NCBI GenBank assembly: GCA_028534125.1
Contig: CM052816.1
Location: 52,826,001 to 52,890,000 of the forward strand
Source of the DNA: Lama glama
Taxonomy: Eukaryota
Length of the DNA: 64,000 bases
Direction: 5' to 3'
Part shown: positions 16,050-28,460 of the stretch, one piece after another
How the letters are laid out: each line of letters starts with the position of its first letter
How positions within the stretch are numbered: the stretch's first letter is position 1
Position numbers and translations under genes: made by a program
The notes under the pieces: generated by a model
The model's input: the letters and a program-made list of their open reading frames with translations, nothing else
Told to the model about the DNA's origin: nothing
Databases searched by the model: none

Positions 16050-16495
16050 TTGGCAAGTAAACAAAGTTTCTGCTCTCATGTTGCTTAAATTCTATTAGGA
16101 TAGAGGAGAAGACAGAAAATGAACAGATGTTAGGTGGTGATAAGTGCTATAAAGAAAATAAAACAGGATAAATGGGATAGAGGGCAATGGTTATGATTAG
16201 GGGTGCTATAGTACATAGGTGGTCAAGAAAGACATTGCAATTAAAGAGATATTTGAGCAGAATTTTGAAGAGACTGAGAGAGTAAGCATGCAAATATTAG
16301 GGGAAAGAGGAGAACAAACAATAGTATTAAAGTTGCTGAGATGAGACTGCTTGGCAAACACAAAGAGCAAAGATGGGAATTTTGGAGCAGAACAAGAGAG
16401 AGAGAGAGAGGGAGATAGGAGACGGGTCAGACAGGTAGCTGAAAGTCATAGTAGTGGTTTGGATTTTATTCTGAATAAGATGGTAAAAACCACTG
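16050..16495 (-). mobile_element. L2 LINE fragment
   Basis: ctgctctcatg...ggtgataagtgctataaagaaaataaaacagg...atttgagcag...tggattttattctgaa. Confidence 0.7.
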
Positions 16496-16499
16496 GACC

Positions 16500-16800
16500 G
16501 TCAGCCCTGCCACTGTCTGGTAGCTCAGAGATGGGTAGCTTCTCGGGCTAAGCTGGTTGGGGCTCATCTACCCCTCTGTCCTACCCCAACCAGGAATTGG
16601 AATCTTACCCAGAGTGACTAGAAGGCTGACAATTCACGGCACCTAGGCCAGATAATTGGTCTTTCTTGTTCCCTGGACCCCACCCAGCACTCTCATGGTT
16701 CCTGCTGATTCTCTGGTCTAAATTCATTCTGAGCTCTTTCAAGTTCTTCTAATAGATTCCATTTTCTGTTTGGTATTTAAAGAGTTGTTTCTTTGCTCAC
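16500..16800 (+). mobile_element. Old MaLR LTR fragment (MLT1-type)
   Basis: caggaattggaatctt...ggttcctg...aatagattccattttctgttt...agagttgtttct resembles an MLT1 3' half. Confidence 0.5.
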
Positions 16801-17224
16801 TGTTAGAGATGGCTAGCTTACCACCATTTCTTTCTTTTCTTCCTGGGAGTAGTCTGTATTTCCCAGCCTCCCATGAGTTAGGTGTGGCCAGGTGGCAGCC
16901 AAGTGATGGAGCTCTAGTCAACTGAAGGTGAGCGCTAGTAATGTATGCCATTTCTAGGCATGGATCGCTAAAAATCTTCCGCATGTGATTCTCTGTACTT
17001 TCTCCCACACATAGCTTGAAGGATGGCAACCTTGAATGCCACATACTAAAGAGGCAGAGCTACAACAGGTAAGGTGCCTCAGTCCCTGAGTCACTACTTG
17101 GAGGAGAGCTGCCTAACCAGGAATATCTGCACTAGACCTTTAATCAAGCTCAAGAGAAACTTTTATTACACTAAGTCACTGAGATTTGGTTTGTTACAGC
17201 AGCTAGGGCTATCTTAGCTAATAC
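16801..17224 (+). mobile_element. MaLR solo LTR (MLT1-type)
   Basis: Starts TGTTAG; contains tatttcccagcctccc...ggtgtggcca, gtccctgagtcactacttggaggagagctgcc and aagtcactgagatttgg-ttgttacagcagctag. Confidence 0.8.
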
Positions 17225-18719
17225 CTCTTATTTAAACTCTAACTACACCTCTCAGTCATCATTAAACATCTCACTCCAACATTAAACACCTATACTCCTT
17301 GGCATAGAAAAATTTTTGAGATATACATATAATTTTAATTTTGATTACACAAGTAAATGAAAATATTCTTTTGTAAAAAAAAAATATAACATTGATAAGC
17401 AAAATCTCCCTTAACTATTATAACCCCTATTTCAGTCCCATAACCAGAGACAAGACAGTTAATCAATGACATTTTGCAAATTTAAAAGAACAAATTAAAA
17501 ACCGAGCCTAGCAAAATAAATAAAGAAAATTCTGTTTTTAAATTCTAACAGGAACTCAGTGTACAAAGTAATGGGGATCTAAGAGGGATAACAGAGTGCC
17601 TGCCTTCTGGGAGCTTCCGGGCTAGCCTGTAGGAATACCTGCAAACAGATTATTATAATACAGTGTAACACAGTGGTGGTAACAGAAAGAATGTGCAAAA
17701 GGCATCAGACTTGGATGGACAGAGAATTAAATTTTTAAATTTTGGAGTGGATTCGGTCAGGCTGTGTGAATACATGTGTGAGAGTAGAGATCTGGAGCAA
17801 AATCAGAGTATAAAAGGCTGATGCAAGGTTTTACAAGATGAAAGTGAGTTTTGCAGCAGGACCAGGTTAGGGGTGGTTGGTTTTGGGAGCAATTCAAGTA
17901 AAAGCAACAACGTGTACAAAAGGAGGGTGTGAAACTATAAGGTATCTGGGTGTGCTTGAGGCATCTTTGAAGAGGTATGTAATCTTAAAAATCAAGACCC
18001 AGTGGAATACATGTTAATATTATGCAGATGCTTCCCAATGTTACTCCAACCTCCAGGCAGATTGGGAAATACCCATCACCCTCTCTTTCCCAGGGCTTTA
18101 GAACAGTCCTGATAATTAGTTAATGATGAGCTACACATTTGTTGTTGACAGCTGAAATAAGTCATTGAGTGCCTAAGACATGTCCTTAACCTTCCAACCA
18201 GGACTAGATGAAGAGGTGATCCATTTGAAAGTACAAAGTTTCAAAACAGGGACTCTTCTTTCCTACTCCCACCCGTACTCCCAACTGAACTATTACATGT
18301 GGACTACATGCCTAAACGTCTCCATTTACTTCAAGGAGGAAATGTCTACCTTCTAGTGGGTAAAGATGTTATATGATCCATCAGAACAATGAAATTATAG
18401 GAGCCACTTATCTGCCAAGAGTTTAAAACAGTAATTTGGGTTTTGAAATGAGCAATCAATTTATAAATATTTAGGGAGTATCTATCTATTCAGGAGGCTA
18501 TGTCTCAACTGAATAAACTGCAGGCAGACATCTGAATCCACCAAAAAGAAGTATAAAAACTCAACCACTAAATTCTCCAGTATTACAGAAAGCTAAGAAA
18601 GATGCTAGGTCTAGAGAACCAAAATAAATGAACTATGGCTAGTTCACAACTTAGTGCCTACTTCAGAATGAAACATGGGTTAAGTCAATTATTTGTGGTC
18701 CTGGGAGCTCCTCACTGGC

Positions 18720-18897
18720 GGGAGTTCCTACATAGCACTGTGGGCATTTGGGGCTACATAAATTGTTGTGTGGGCTATCCCGCGTGTTGAGGATGTTTAG
18801 TGGTATCCCTGGCGTCTATCTACTAGATACCAATAGTACCCTGCCCTAGTTTTGACAACCAAAATGTCTTCAGAATTATACTAGTTGAGAACCACTG
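18720..18897. mobile_element. MER20 hAT-Charlie element
   Basis: ggatgtttagtggtatccctggcgtctatctactagatacca...tgacaaccaaaatgtcttcaga...gttgagaaccactg. Confidence 0.8.
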
Positions 18898-20879
18898 GTA
18901 CAGGTAGACCCAAGAGAGAAAGAGAAAATAAATAAATAATCAACCACAGGCAACATTAACCTTGGCTGAGGATATAAACGAAAAACCACGGAGGATAAGA
19001 ACATTCCATGTTCTGCGATTCCCAGCTAAGGAGTTAAAATACAGGCTTAGCTCTTTAGCACTGGAATTCTTCAACAGCTACTAAGTATTAGCAGAGAACA
19101 GAAGCTGTACCCCACCAGTCACTGCTGTCAAATTCCTGTGAAGGTTGAGTGCTGGTTACTAAGAGACAGAGCACTTTATCTGAATAGAACGTGTCAGGCT
19201 GGGATCTTTTTAAAATAAATCAGTGAGTCAGGACAGACTTCTCCCCTGCTGTTACACACTTTTTTTTTTAAACTACAAGTATAACTCCATAACAGCACAG
19301 AGGATTAGGGCTAATTGGTCCAAAAAGTAGGAAAAATCTGACCGAGTTTCCTTATTTCCTTAGTGACCCTTCAGCAATTTTTCTTAAGTTTGCAACAGAG
19401 AAGAGCCCTTAAATTGTGGCCTTGAGAACAACAGTAATACATTTTAAAATAAAACAACTCCTCTATTAGATGAAATGCAGGTTTGTCCATATGCCCAGTG
19501 TATAATGGCAATGTTTTTCTTTCTCTGTTATTTTTTAAAATGTAATAATAGTAATAAAACACACCAAGACATCACCCCAGTAGATGCTACTGAGATGAGC
19601 AGGGATGGGTGAAAACCCCCCCATCCCTGAAGCTTCCAGGGGGAGAGCAAGTCTGCCTGCTCCAGGAGAGGCTTTGGGGACAGTGGTTTGGCTCTCCTAG
19701 GGCTGTCTGGATCAACCTCACGGATATATACCACTGGAGGCACAGAGAGGGCGGCCTCCAGCTATGGAAAGAACGTCCGTGAGAATCTTGTGTGTTTCCA
19801 TCGAGGAGCACAATATGCAACGGGGAGAGGAGTTGGACCAGAAGGTTCTGACTGAGCAACAACGACACACCTTCTCTTTAATCTCCAAGTGCTCCTTCAT
19901 TACTTTTGATCTAGTCCCCCAAACTAATGCTGCCAGTAATCCCTCAAGAAAAATGAATCATGATGTTACAGTTTCTAACAAATCCTCAGACATTTTCTGC
20001 TGGATCAGCTCTGGACAGTAACTCATTAACACCATCAACTTTATGATTTCTGCAAGTGCTGTATTAGGAGGTATGTTCTTTTCTACATACATAAAACGTT
20101 TAAAGAATTTCCCAATCTTCATTTTTTTCTTTATTCTCAAACCAATGATCTATAAAGGTTGTGTGGGAAACTTTATCTTTTTTTTTTTTAATGCAGTTTT
20201 TATTTCCCTCTCCAATGCAGCCTTAAAACTGGAGAATTCCAATCTGAAAGATCCATCTCTCAAGAACACAATTTACCAAATCTGGCAATAAAGTCTACAT
20301 TGATAATTAAACTTTGTATCCCTCCTTTTCAACTTCCCAAACAATTGTCTGGGTATTCTACATTCTTGAACTTGTTCTATCTTTAGTGGTTATTACACTT
20401 TAATCAAAGGCTGTTGTGTTAGGCTGGTGGCACGGTGCCTGGTTCCTACTAGAGCCAGAGTGACTGACTAGGCGAGAAACATCAGAAGGCTATCTGATGG
20501 GCTGCTCTTCAGGCTCAAATACCACTGCTAGAAAGAAACAAAGAAGCTTTTCCCCACAACATCATGTGGACAGTAAAACCAGCACCATAAAAGGAAGTCC
20601 CTCAAGTTCCAGAGGGAAAAAAGAATCGAAGACATGAAATAAAATTCCAGTTGATACACAAGGAAATAACTCGCCAGTAGCCTGCTCTTGCCTTTTTGTT
20701 TCTGACTGTAAAATGTCGAAATTGAAAATCAGCAAAACAGATTCAATAATTTAATTCGTTCTTATGGGGGACTATGTTGGGATAAATAGGATTAATGTAA
20801 AACTCTGCATCACCAAATCATTCTACTTATCCCTTAGTTGAATTTGGGTGAAAATTCAAAATTAATAGGGCCTATCTTT

Positions 20880-22130
20880 TAAAATGAAGATTTTTCCTAA
20901 TTGCCAAATACAAATTTACTGCTGAATATGTAGGCAAACAGTAAAGCACAAAAAAGAAAATTAAAATAATCAGTAATGACAACACTCAAAAGTTACTTTT
21001 TAATACATTGATATATTTCTTTCATTCTAATTCTTTCCTGATAGCGGTCTTTTTTTTTTTTTTAACACAAACGGTATGTTTTGTAATGTGCTTGAACTTA
21101 AAAATATATTCTGAACATTTTTTCATGCTATTAAGTATTCTTTTTCAACAGCTTTTCTCAAATTTTTGGTCTCAGAACCACTTTATAGTTTTAAAAATTA
21201 CTGAGACCCTCAAAAATCCTTTATTTTTATGGGTTATATTCATTGATATTTATAGTATTAGCTATTAAAACAGAAATTTTTAAAATTTTCTAGTAATTCA
21301 TGTAAAAATAATGTAACTCATTACATGTCAACATCAATAACATATTTTACAGAAATGAATTCTATTTTCCAAAATAAACACACAAAAATATCTAGTGACA
21401 TTATTCTAAAATTTTACAGATTCAACGTTTGTCTTAACAGGAGACAGCTGACTTCTCATATCCACTTCTGTATTCAAAATGTAGATATATATGTAAATGA
21501 AGTACAAGTATGTGAAGAAAATCTAGCCTCAGACAGATATGCAGTTGAAAAGAGGAATAATTTCCATATTATAGTGGATATTCTTCTTTATAACACATCA
21601 AAACTTGACAGTTGTAGTGTTTTAAAGATTAGTTGCAACGTGGAATCTAATATAAAAGCAAAAACAACAATAACCATTCTATACTTTCATGAGATAATAA
21701 AAGGGAAAAATGCAAATGTCTTAGTAGTACAATGAAAACAGTTTTGACCTTGAGGACACCCTGAGAGGGGACCACACTTTGAGAACAACTCTCCTACAAC
21801 CTCACATTTAACGGTTAACATAGCATTCTATCACAGTATATGACACTTAACCCAACACCATGTTGTCAAACATTTAGATTGTTTCCAAGGTTTTGCTATT
21901 ATAAAAAACGCTATGACAACATCCTTATAGATACCTCTTTCTGCATATTTGTTTCCTTTGAATTAACACCTTAGGAAGTAGAATTTGAGGGCCATAAACA
22001 AAGTTATTTTTTCAGGCTTTTTATATGTATTGCCATATTTCCCTCCAGAAAGGTTTATTAATTTGCATTCCTATCAGTAGCCTGTACAAGTGCCTTCCAT
22101 CCTTACTCACACTCTTATCAACACTAGGTA
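20880..22130 (-). mobile_element. Old L1 (L1ME-type) 3' fragment split by a Charlie element
   Basis: acatttagattgtttccaaggttttgctattataaa...gaagtagaatt...tattgccatatttccctccagaaagg on the right; matching decayed 3'UTR-like sequence on the left. Confidence 0.6.
21149..21791. mobile_element. Charlie1-type hAT DNA transposon, internally deleted
   Basis: Termini cagcttttctcaaatttttggtctcag and ggaccacactttgagaacaactc form degenerate TIRs. Confidence 0.8.
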
Positions 22131-24684
22131 CCATGTAAGCCCTGTCTGGAGAATTGTTTTTAGAAAATCAAAATGTGACTGAGCTGGCTGTTAGTGAGCT
22201 CAGTCTCTAAATGATATACAATACTTGAGATTTACTGGAATTCTCTGCTCACAGAGTACTTCTCTGATAATTCTACCACAATGTTTATTTACTGCTACTT
22301 CGAATTATTTCAGTTAGTATTACCATGTGTCTTCCACTTGACAATCAGTTTCTTGAAACAGAAACCACTGCTCATTATTATAGAATATACCACAGTGCTA
22401 AGCCCCTGAGAGAGAGACCTGCACAGGGTAATGTGGAAAGAGCATTTTCACCTCAGAGAGATCTGGGCTTAAATTGTGGGTTTCCCAGTTACAAGCTGTG
22501 CAAACTTAGGTGAATTACTTCCCCTTCCTTTCCTGCACTTGAAGGTCATCATGTCAGCAGGGAGACTAATATGTACATCATAAGGCAGCTGTGTTGAGAT
22601 GCGATGTGTAAAATACATCGTACAACACTAGGCAAATAACAAATGTCCCAGGTGTTGGTTTTCTCCCTTTTCCTTTCCAATGTTTGAATTAACCTCGTGA
22701 AGTCCCAACTTTGAGGATCTACACATTCCAATTTACTAATAAGGCTATAATTAAGACAGAAGGAATCTCTTTAACAATGATTACCTCTGGAAAATATAAC
22801 TAAGCAAAACTGACCCATTTTCTAATTACTTTTCCCTGCATCACTCAGTTAGTCAGTAACATCTATGAGCATATGCTATGCGTTCCAAAGATGAATTACA
22901 CCCAGTCCCTAAACAAAGCAGAAATGTAAAATAAAATCATTCTTAGTGCCAGAATGCTACTTTTCTGATCACACTGAAACCTGAATTCAGAGAAAAACCA
23001 TTTATGGTTATGCTGAGAGAGCTGTTCCCATTGTCCCTCTCTGTGGCTGCAGGGCCATCACCCCAGGCCCTATGCTGGTTCAAAGCTGATACTTATTGCA
23101 GTGGGGCTTTAGGAATAGACTATTGTAATATGACCCTGAAATGTATTCACACACACTAACGAGAAAGCTTTGGCATTTCTGATAACCCGACCAAGGAAAT
23201 GAAAGAAGAGACACTGGTGAGATAAGTGCAGTCAAGGTTGAAGTTCACTCCTGGGTTTACCTCAAAATTTAAACAAAGCACAAATCAAGGAGAGTTATGT
23301 GTGCTTCTGGGAGTACATCCCAGCTAAGGATGTGGGGTCAAATGGTTCTCAGCAGTATCTTCTGGAGAACTGTGCATGCTAAGGCCTTAACAACTCCAGG
23401 AGAGATGCCAAGTCTGGGACTCTAATTCTTGATGTCAAACTGAGATTGATCAAGAATTTTTTTGCTACCAGCACCTGAAAGGTATATGCTAAAGTTGGTG
23501 CTACTTCATCTCAAACCTCTCCTGGGGTCTTTAACTCTATGTTCAACAGCACTTCAAATATTTGCAATGCAGAGGCATGTGGATGAGAAGGATTAGTCCT
23601 TTCAGATCTGAAGTAGGTTTTTAAAAATTTCCTGGCAGCATATTGTGGTCATGAAGCACATGGCAGCTCTGGGTTTCAATACTGTGGCTAGGGTAAGTTT
23701 ATCCTATTGTGATTCTAAACTCTTAAACTATGCAAACTCAATCCAAGGAAATTTACGGGATTGACAAATGGAAACTTTGGCAGCAAAGATGAACTAGAGC
23801 AGAGAGAAACAGAAAACTCTTAAGAAGTGGATGTCACTTCTTGCCATTTTCCTCTAAGATAAAGTAGGTCATTGATTCTTGTCATTTATTCAGATAAGGT
23901 CCTGATTTTCTGATGCTGGCAGTCCTCTCTGCCTTGGTGCTACAGCCACAGAGGCTGCATTACCCTGCACCTCCTTGCTAGCCAAGGTTGCTATCCAAGG
24001 ACTCCACAAGGCTTTTCTTCCAAAGGGTCAAATATATAAATGAAGTAGGAGTCTTAACTCTATCAGCCAGTTAAACTACACATTTAGTTATCAGGCAATT
24101 TCAGTTCATATATCAACACTATATGCTTTCTCCCTATCCCCATGCCTCTTTTGTGTCCTGGATTTTCTCAGGAAAATAAGAACATCACTCCTTCCCAGAG
24201 CTATTAGTGATCTGAGGCTGAGGGTTTGGAGAAAGATGTTTTCTGCAGTTTCCTAGGTAATATCCTTAGCTTCCTCCTCTGAGCAGGACAGACTGGGGCA
24301 CAGCTGTAGGGCCATTCTGCCTTTAGTGCCCTCTCACTCCCCTTCTAAGCACCCACTTTCCCCTTCCTGGTCCCCCTTTCTTCCAGTAGAGTCTCTTAGA
24401 GCCTGTATTTGAAGGAATTTGTTCCAAAGGAAATCTAATCTAAAACAGATGCTGATAGGTTTAAGCTAATAACTCTCTCAAAGGTGTTTGCATTTCTATG
24501 TCATTAATCTCTCTTCCTTGACTTGCATTTTCCAATTTCAAAGACACTCTCAGCTCTCATTCTCCATGCCCTTGTTTTGACAACTAACAAGGTGATTCCT
24601 TAAAAGCCTGATGAACAGGGGTGTTGACCTGAGAGAAGGAAACTTGAGATCCTGGGATGAAACATTTTGTGGTGCAATCCAGCC

Positions 24685-25170
24685 ACTTACTCACTTAACC
24701 ACCATTTCTTAAGCATCTGCTGTGTGCCAGCCAGACACTGTGTGCTAGCTGCTGGGGATGCAGCAGAGAAGAGAAGCAAGGCCCTTGCCCTCATGGGGCT
24801 TCCACTCTGGTGGAACAGCACTAAACAATAAACAAACATAAAGATGCCATTTCAAACAGTGGTAGGTGCCATGAAGAGAAAAGTGAAATACTGAACAGTG
24901 ATACTGAAAGACATCAAGGGAGCCCCTCAGGCAGGGTGGTTGAGGAAAGCCTCCTTAAGAAAGTGGCATTTGCACTGAAATCTGAAGAGTGGATTTGGGA
25001 AAGAAGTGTTCTAGGGAGAGGAAACAGAAAGTGTAAAGACTTGGCTGCAGAAACAGGGCAGGAGATTCAGAAAGAAGCCAGCATGGCTGGAATGCAATGA
25101 ACACGGAGGGAGGGAGGGAGCTGAGCTGAGGGAGGAACACAGTCAGGTAGGGCCCTGAGAGCCATGGTAG
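24685..25170 (-). mobile_element. L2 LINE 3' fragment
   Basis: aagcatctgctgtgtgccag...gctggggatgcagcag...ccttgccctcatggggctt...gagaggaaacagaaagtgtaaag. Confidence 0.8.
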
Positions 25171-26573
25171 AGATGCAGAGAGGTGATCCTGCCCCGAGTC
25201 ACACAGCTAGTAAGTGGCAGAGCCAGGATGTCATCCATGTCCTCTCAGTCCTATCGAGTGTTTCTGCACTGTCATCTGGCTTATGCCCAAAACGGTGCTG
25301 GATGAAGAGAGGATTTACTGAAGTCCTTCTTGGAGATCCTAAAACTTGAAGAGACAAACTGCTGCCTCATTCTCTTTTCCTCATTCTCTCTTGGGGAAAA
25401 AAAAATCCCAGATATGAAAATGTCAAACTGTAGCATGCTAAATCCAACACAACTTCTGTCTTTTAAACAGAGGATCTGAATTTCATAGATATTATGAGTA
25501 AATACCTATTGAAAATTTAGCATATGATCCCATAGAGCACGCAGAGAAGTTATTTTGGTGTTGCTACTTCTGACCTTATGAAAATTCAATCACACTGGAT
25601 TGCCTAACATCTATTTTTAAACATAAGACCTACTCTCCCTATTACACATTAGGAAACTTAATATAGCTAAGGTGTTGGTCAGGATTAGCTACTACATAGA
25701 TTTTCTGGGTCTTCTATGCTTTGCTTTTGAAATTAGAAATAACTTGAAATAATTATTTTTTAAGTAAATGTAGTCTCAAACAAAAAAGGAAAGAAGTTGG
25801 CTAATAAAGACCAGCTGTGTGTAAAATCTTGAGCACTGAACTCATGAGCATTCCAGCACTGTCCCTACCATTAGACTAGGGTTAGCATCCTAGTATACCT
25901 ACTAGCCATCTGATGTTAGGTAAATTACTCAAGATTGCGAGATCCATTTTCTCTTCCATAAAATGCAGGTGAAAATAATGCCTGTATCAGAGCTATTGTG
26001 AAAATAACTCCAAATAACAAGCGATCGTGCTTGGAATAGACTGGTTATTCCTTGAGTCGGTGCTGGCTTCCCTTACTTCTCTGGGTCTTTGTTCACCCAT
26101 CAGAAACATAAACGGGTCTGGAAGATGATGCTAAAGTCTCATTTAAGATAAGTGTCATCAGCAGCCAGGCTTTCTGGCCATACTTGGACCACAGGACAGT
26201 GAAACCTTCTGCTGAAGGCAGATGGAGAAGATGCTAGCACGATGACCTGGAGGCTGACAGAAAACTCCCAGGGGAATGAGCAAGGAGTCTTCAGAAACTG
26301 GGACTTGAAGGACCAGGGTCTTAGTAGAACCCTAGGCCTCCATTCATTTTACCAATGCGTTGGCTTCAACTAGTTACTTGTGAGATTATTTGTTTAATGT
26401 CTGCCCTCTCCAGAGAGTAAACGCTAAAGATTAGAAACCCTGTTTTGTTCACTCATTCTAGGTTTAATTTACATTGTTTCACACACGGTAGGTCCTCAGT
26501 AAGTATCTGTTGAGTGAATGAGCCTCTTTTCTTACAGTTATATACATTTCTGAAATTGGAAGTGTCTCAATTT

Positions 26574-27082
26574 TAGTTAAGTTACACCATGGCATTGTTG
26601 CTTTGGCATCCATTTTGTTGGACGAAGTGGCCTGCAGGGGCCTTAAACTGACACCAACCCCCTCATGCAAGGACACATCCTGGATCAGAGTAGTCCCTGA
26701 TATGACTTCCCCAACAGTCCTTGTGATCAGTAGCCTCCCTGACCTTTCTACTCCTTTCCCTTGTGCTCGCTTTAGATAAGACCCCTGTGAAGTTTACCAA
26801 AGTCCCAATCTCATTTTGAGTTGACCGATCCAGATTTAGCCCAGGAACCCCAAAGCATTCTACCCAAAGGCCCTCTTAAAGGCATCTGTCCCAGGTTCTG
26901 CCTTTCCCTCTGCCTGTACTCTGCGCTGATGTCCCCATATGGCCCCTTGAGTTATGCCCCATACATCCTCCAGGACTTGTCAGCAGTAAACTTCTCTATT
27001 TCAGTTTCTCTTGAGGTCTTCTGTCAAACCGCTGCTCACCATCCAGCACCCTATGTTCCACTTAATAAATGTTAATTTAACA
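26574..27082 (+). mobile_element. Probable ERV solo LTR (~509 bp)
   Basis: Ends ...GTTAATTTAACA with an imperfect inverted match to the 5' end TAGTTAAGTTAC; aattt flanks both sides (26569-26573, 27083-27087); internal ccattttg and AGTAAA signal. Confidence 0.65.
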
Positions 27083-28139
27083 AATTTATTATAGGAGGAA
27101 ATTCATTTTATTTACAAATCAATAATTTTAAATGACCTAGTAAACTCAGCCATTAAGAGGAAATTTGTGATCAATGTAAATTTCTGCTTAGCATGTGGAT
27201 TTATTTTTTTTAAGAGAAGTGTACCTAAACTAAGACAACATGGTAATGGCTCCATGAGAGGGCTTTGAGCATTTAGAGTTTGGTAGCATCAATTAATCAT
27301 CCCACGTATCTTGGACTTTATCAGATTAGGATGTGGAATTTTGGAACCTTAATAGAGGATTTTTCTCTGGGCAAAAAGCAAAGCCTACTCTTATCCTTCC
27401 ATCTATGATGTGGCTCAAGGGTCAGTCTAGGGGAGGCTTCCCAGTGAGTCATAGAAGGTGGGAATGATAATTGTAGACATCCTAATTGAACAATCCCTCA
27501 GTACTTATCACTGTCCCCTCCAAGCTACTGTGTTTCCACAGTCCCTGGCTATTGTCAATTCCTGGAAAACCAATAGTCAGCAACTAATGAAATTCTACCT
27601 GATCTGACAAGTTCAACATTCCAACTCAGTTTGCTTCTCAAGAGAGTCTGGATGACTTGATGTTCACTTGCTCATACATTCACACATTTATTCAAGCCAT
27701 TTACTTATGATTCAACAAATATTCCCAGTCCTGGAAATCCTGAGTGATTCTGGATGAGAAAAACAAAGATTAGACAGAGCAGTAATTAGCACAAGAGCTG
27801 AAATCAGGAACTAAAGGAATATGTAATATCTGCCTGGAATATCTTTCTGCCCAGCTGCAGTATCATCTCTGCAAAACCTTTCCAAATTTTATTTTAAGAA
27901 GAATATATGTCTTTTTTCTATTCTTTATTAACATTTGTAGTGTAGTGCTTATGACATTATTCTGGAGTTAACTGCTTCTCCTCACCTGGCTGTGAGTGCC
28001 TTTAAGAAGGAACTGTGCCATCCAATCACCTTTATGTCCCTAGTGCCTACCATAGGGCCAGGAATATAGAACTCACTACCAATGGAGTTCTCTGGATTCC
28101 AGTGAAGCTAATGGACTTCTAGGTATTATCAGGCCTCTA

Positions 28140-28460
28140 CCGTTCACATGGCAGCCACTAGCCACATGTGGCTATTGAGCACTTAAAACATAGCCAGGTA
28201 GGGGTTATTGAGATGTGCTACAAATGTAAAACACATATCACATTTCAAAGACTTAACACAAAAAAATTCCATTAATAGCTTTTATATTGATTACATGTTG
28301 AAATGATATTTTGAATATTGAATTAAATAAAATATATTATTGAAATGAATTTCACCTGTTTCTTTTTATTTTTTTATGTGGCTATTAGAAAATATAAAAT
28401 TACATATGTAGTTCACATTGTAATTATTTTATTATCCAGAATTTCTATTGGATAATACGG
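28140..28460. mobile_element. MER3/MER33-type hAT-Charlie element
   Basis: gcagccactagccacatgtggctattgagcactt...tattgattacatgttgaaatgatattttg...atttctattgga. Confidence 0.82.

Noticed and set aside
19718..20291. Paired in-frame ORF fragments on both strands suggesting a processed pseudogene or viral relic
   Set aside because: No recognisable homology, no poly(A) tail or TSD, interrupted by stops; a BLASTX or HMM search would be needed to reopen this
26934..26942. CCATATGG as a CArG box in the LTR
   Set aside because: Only four A/T bases between CC and GG, so not CC(A/T)6GG
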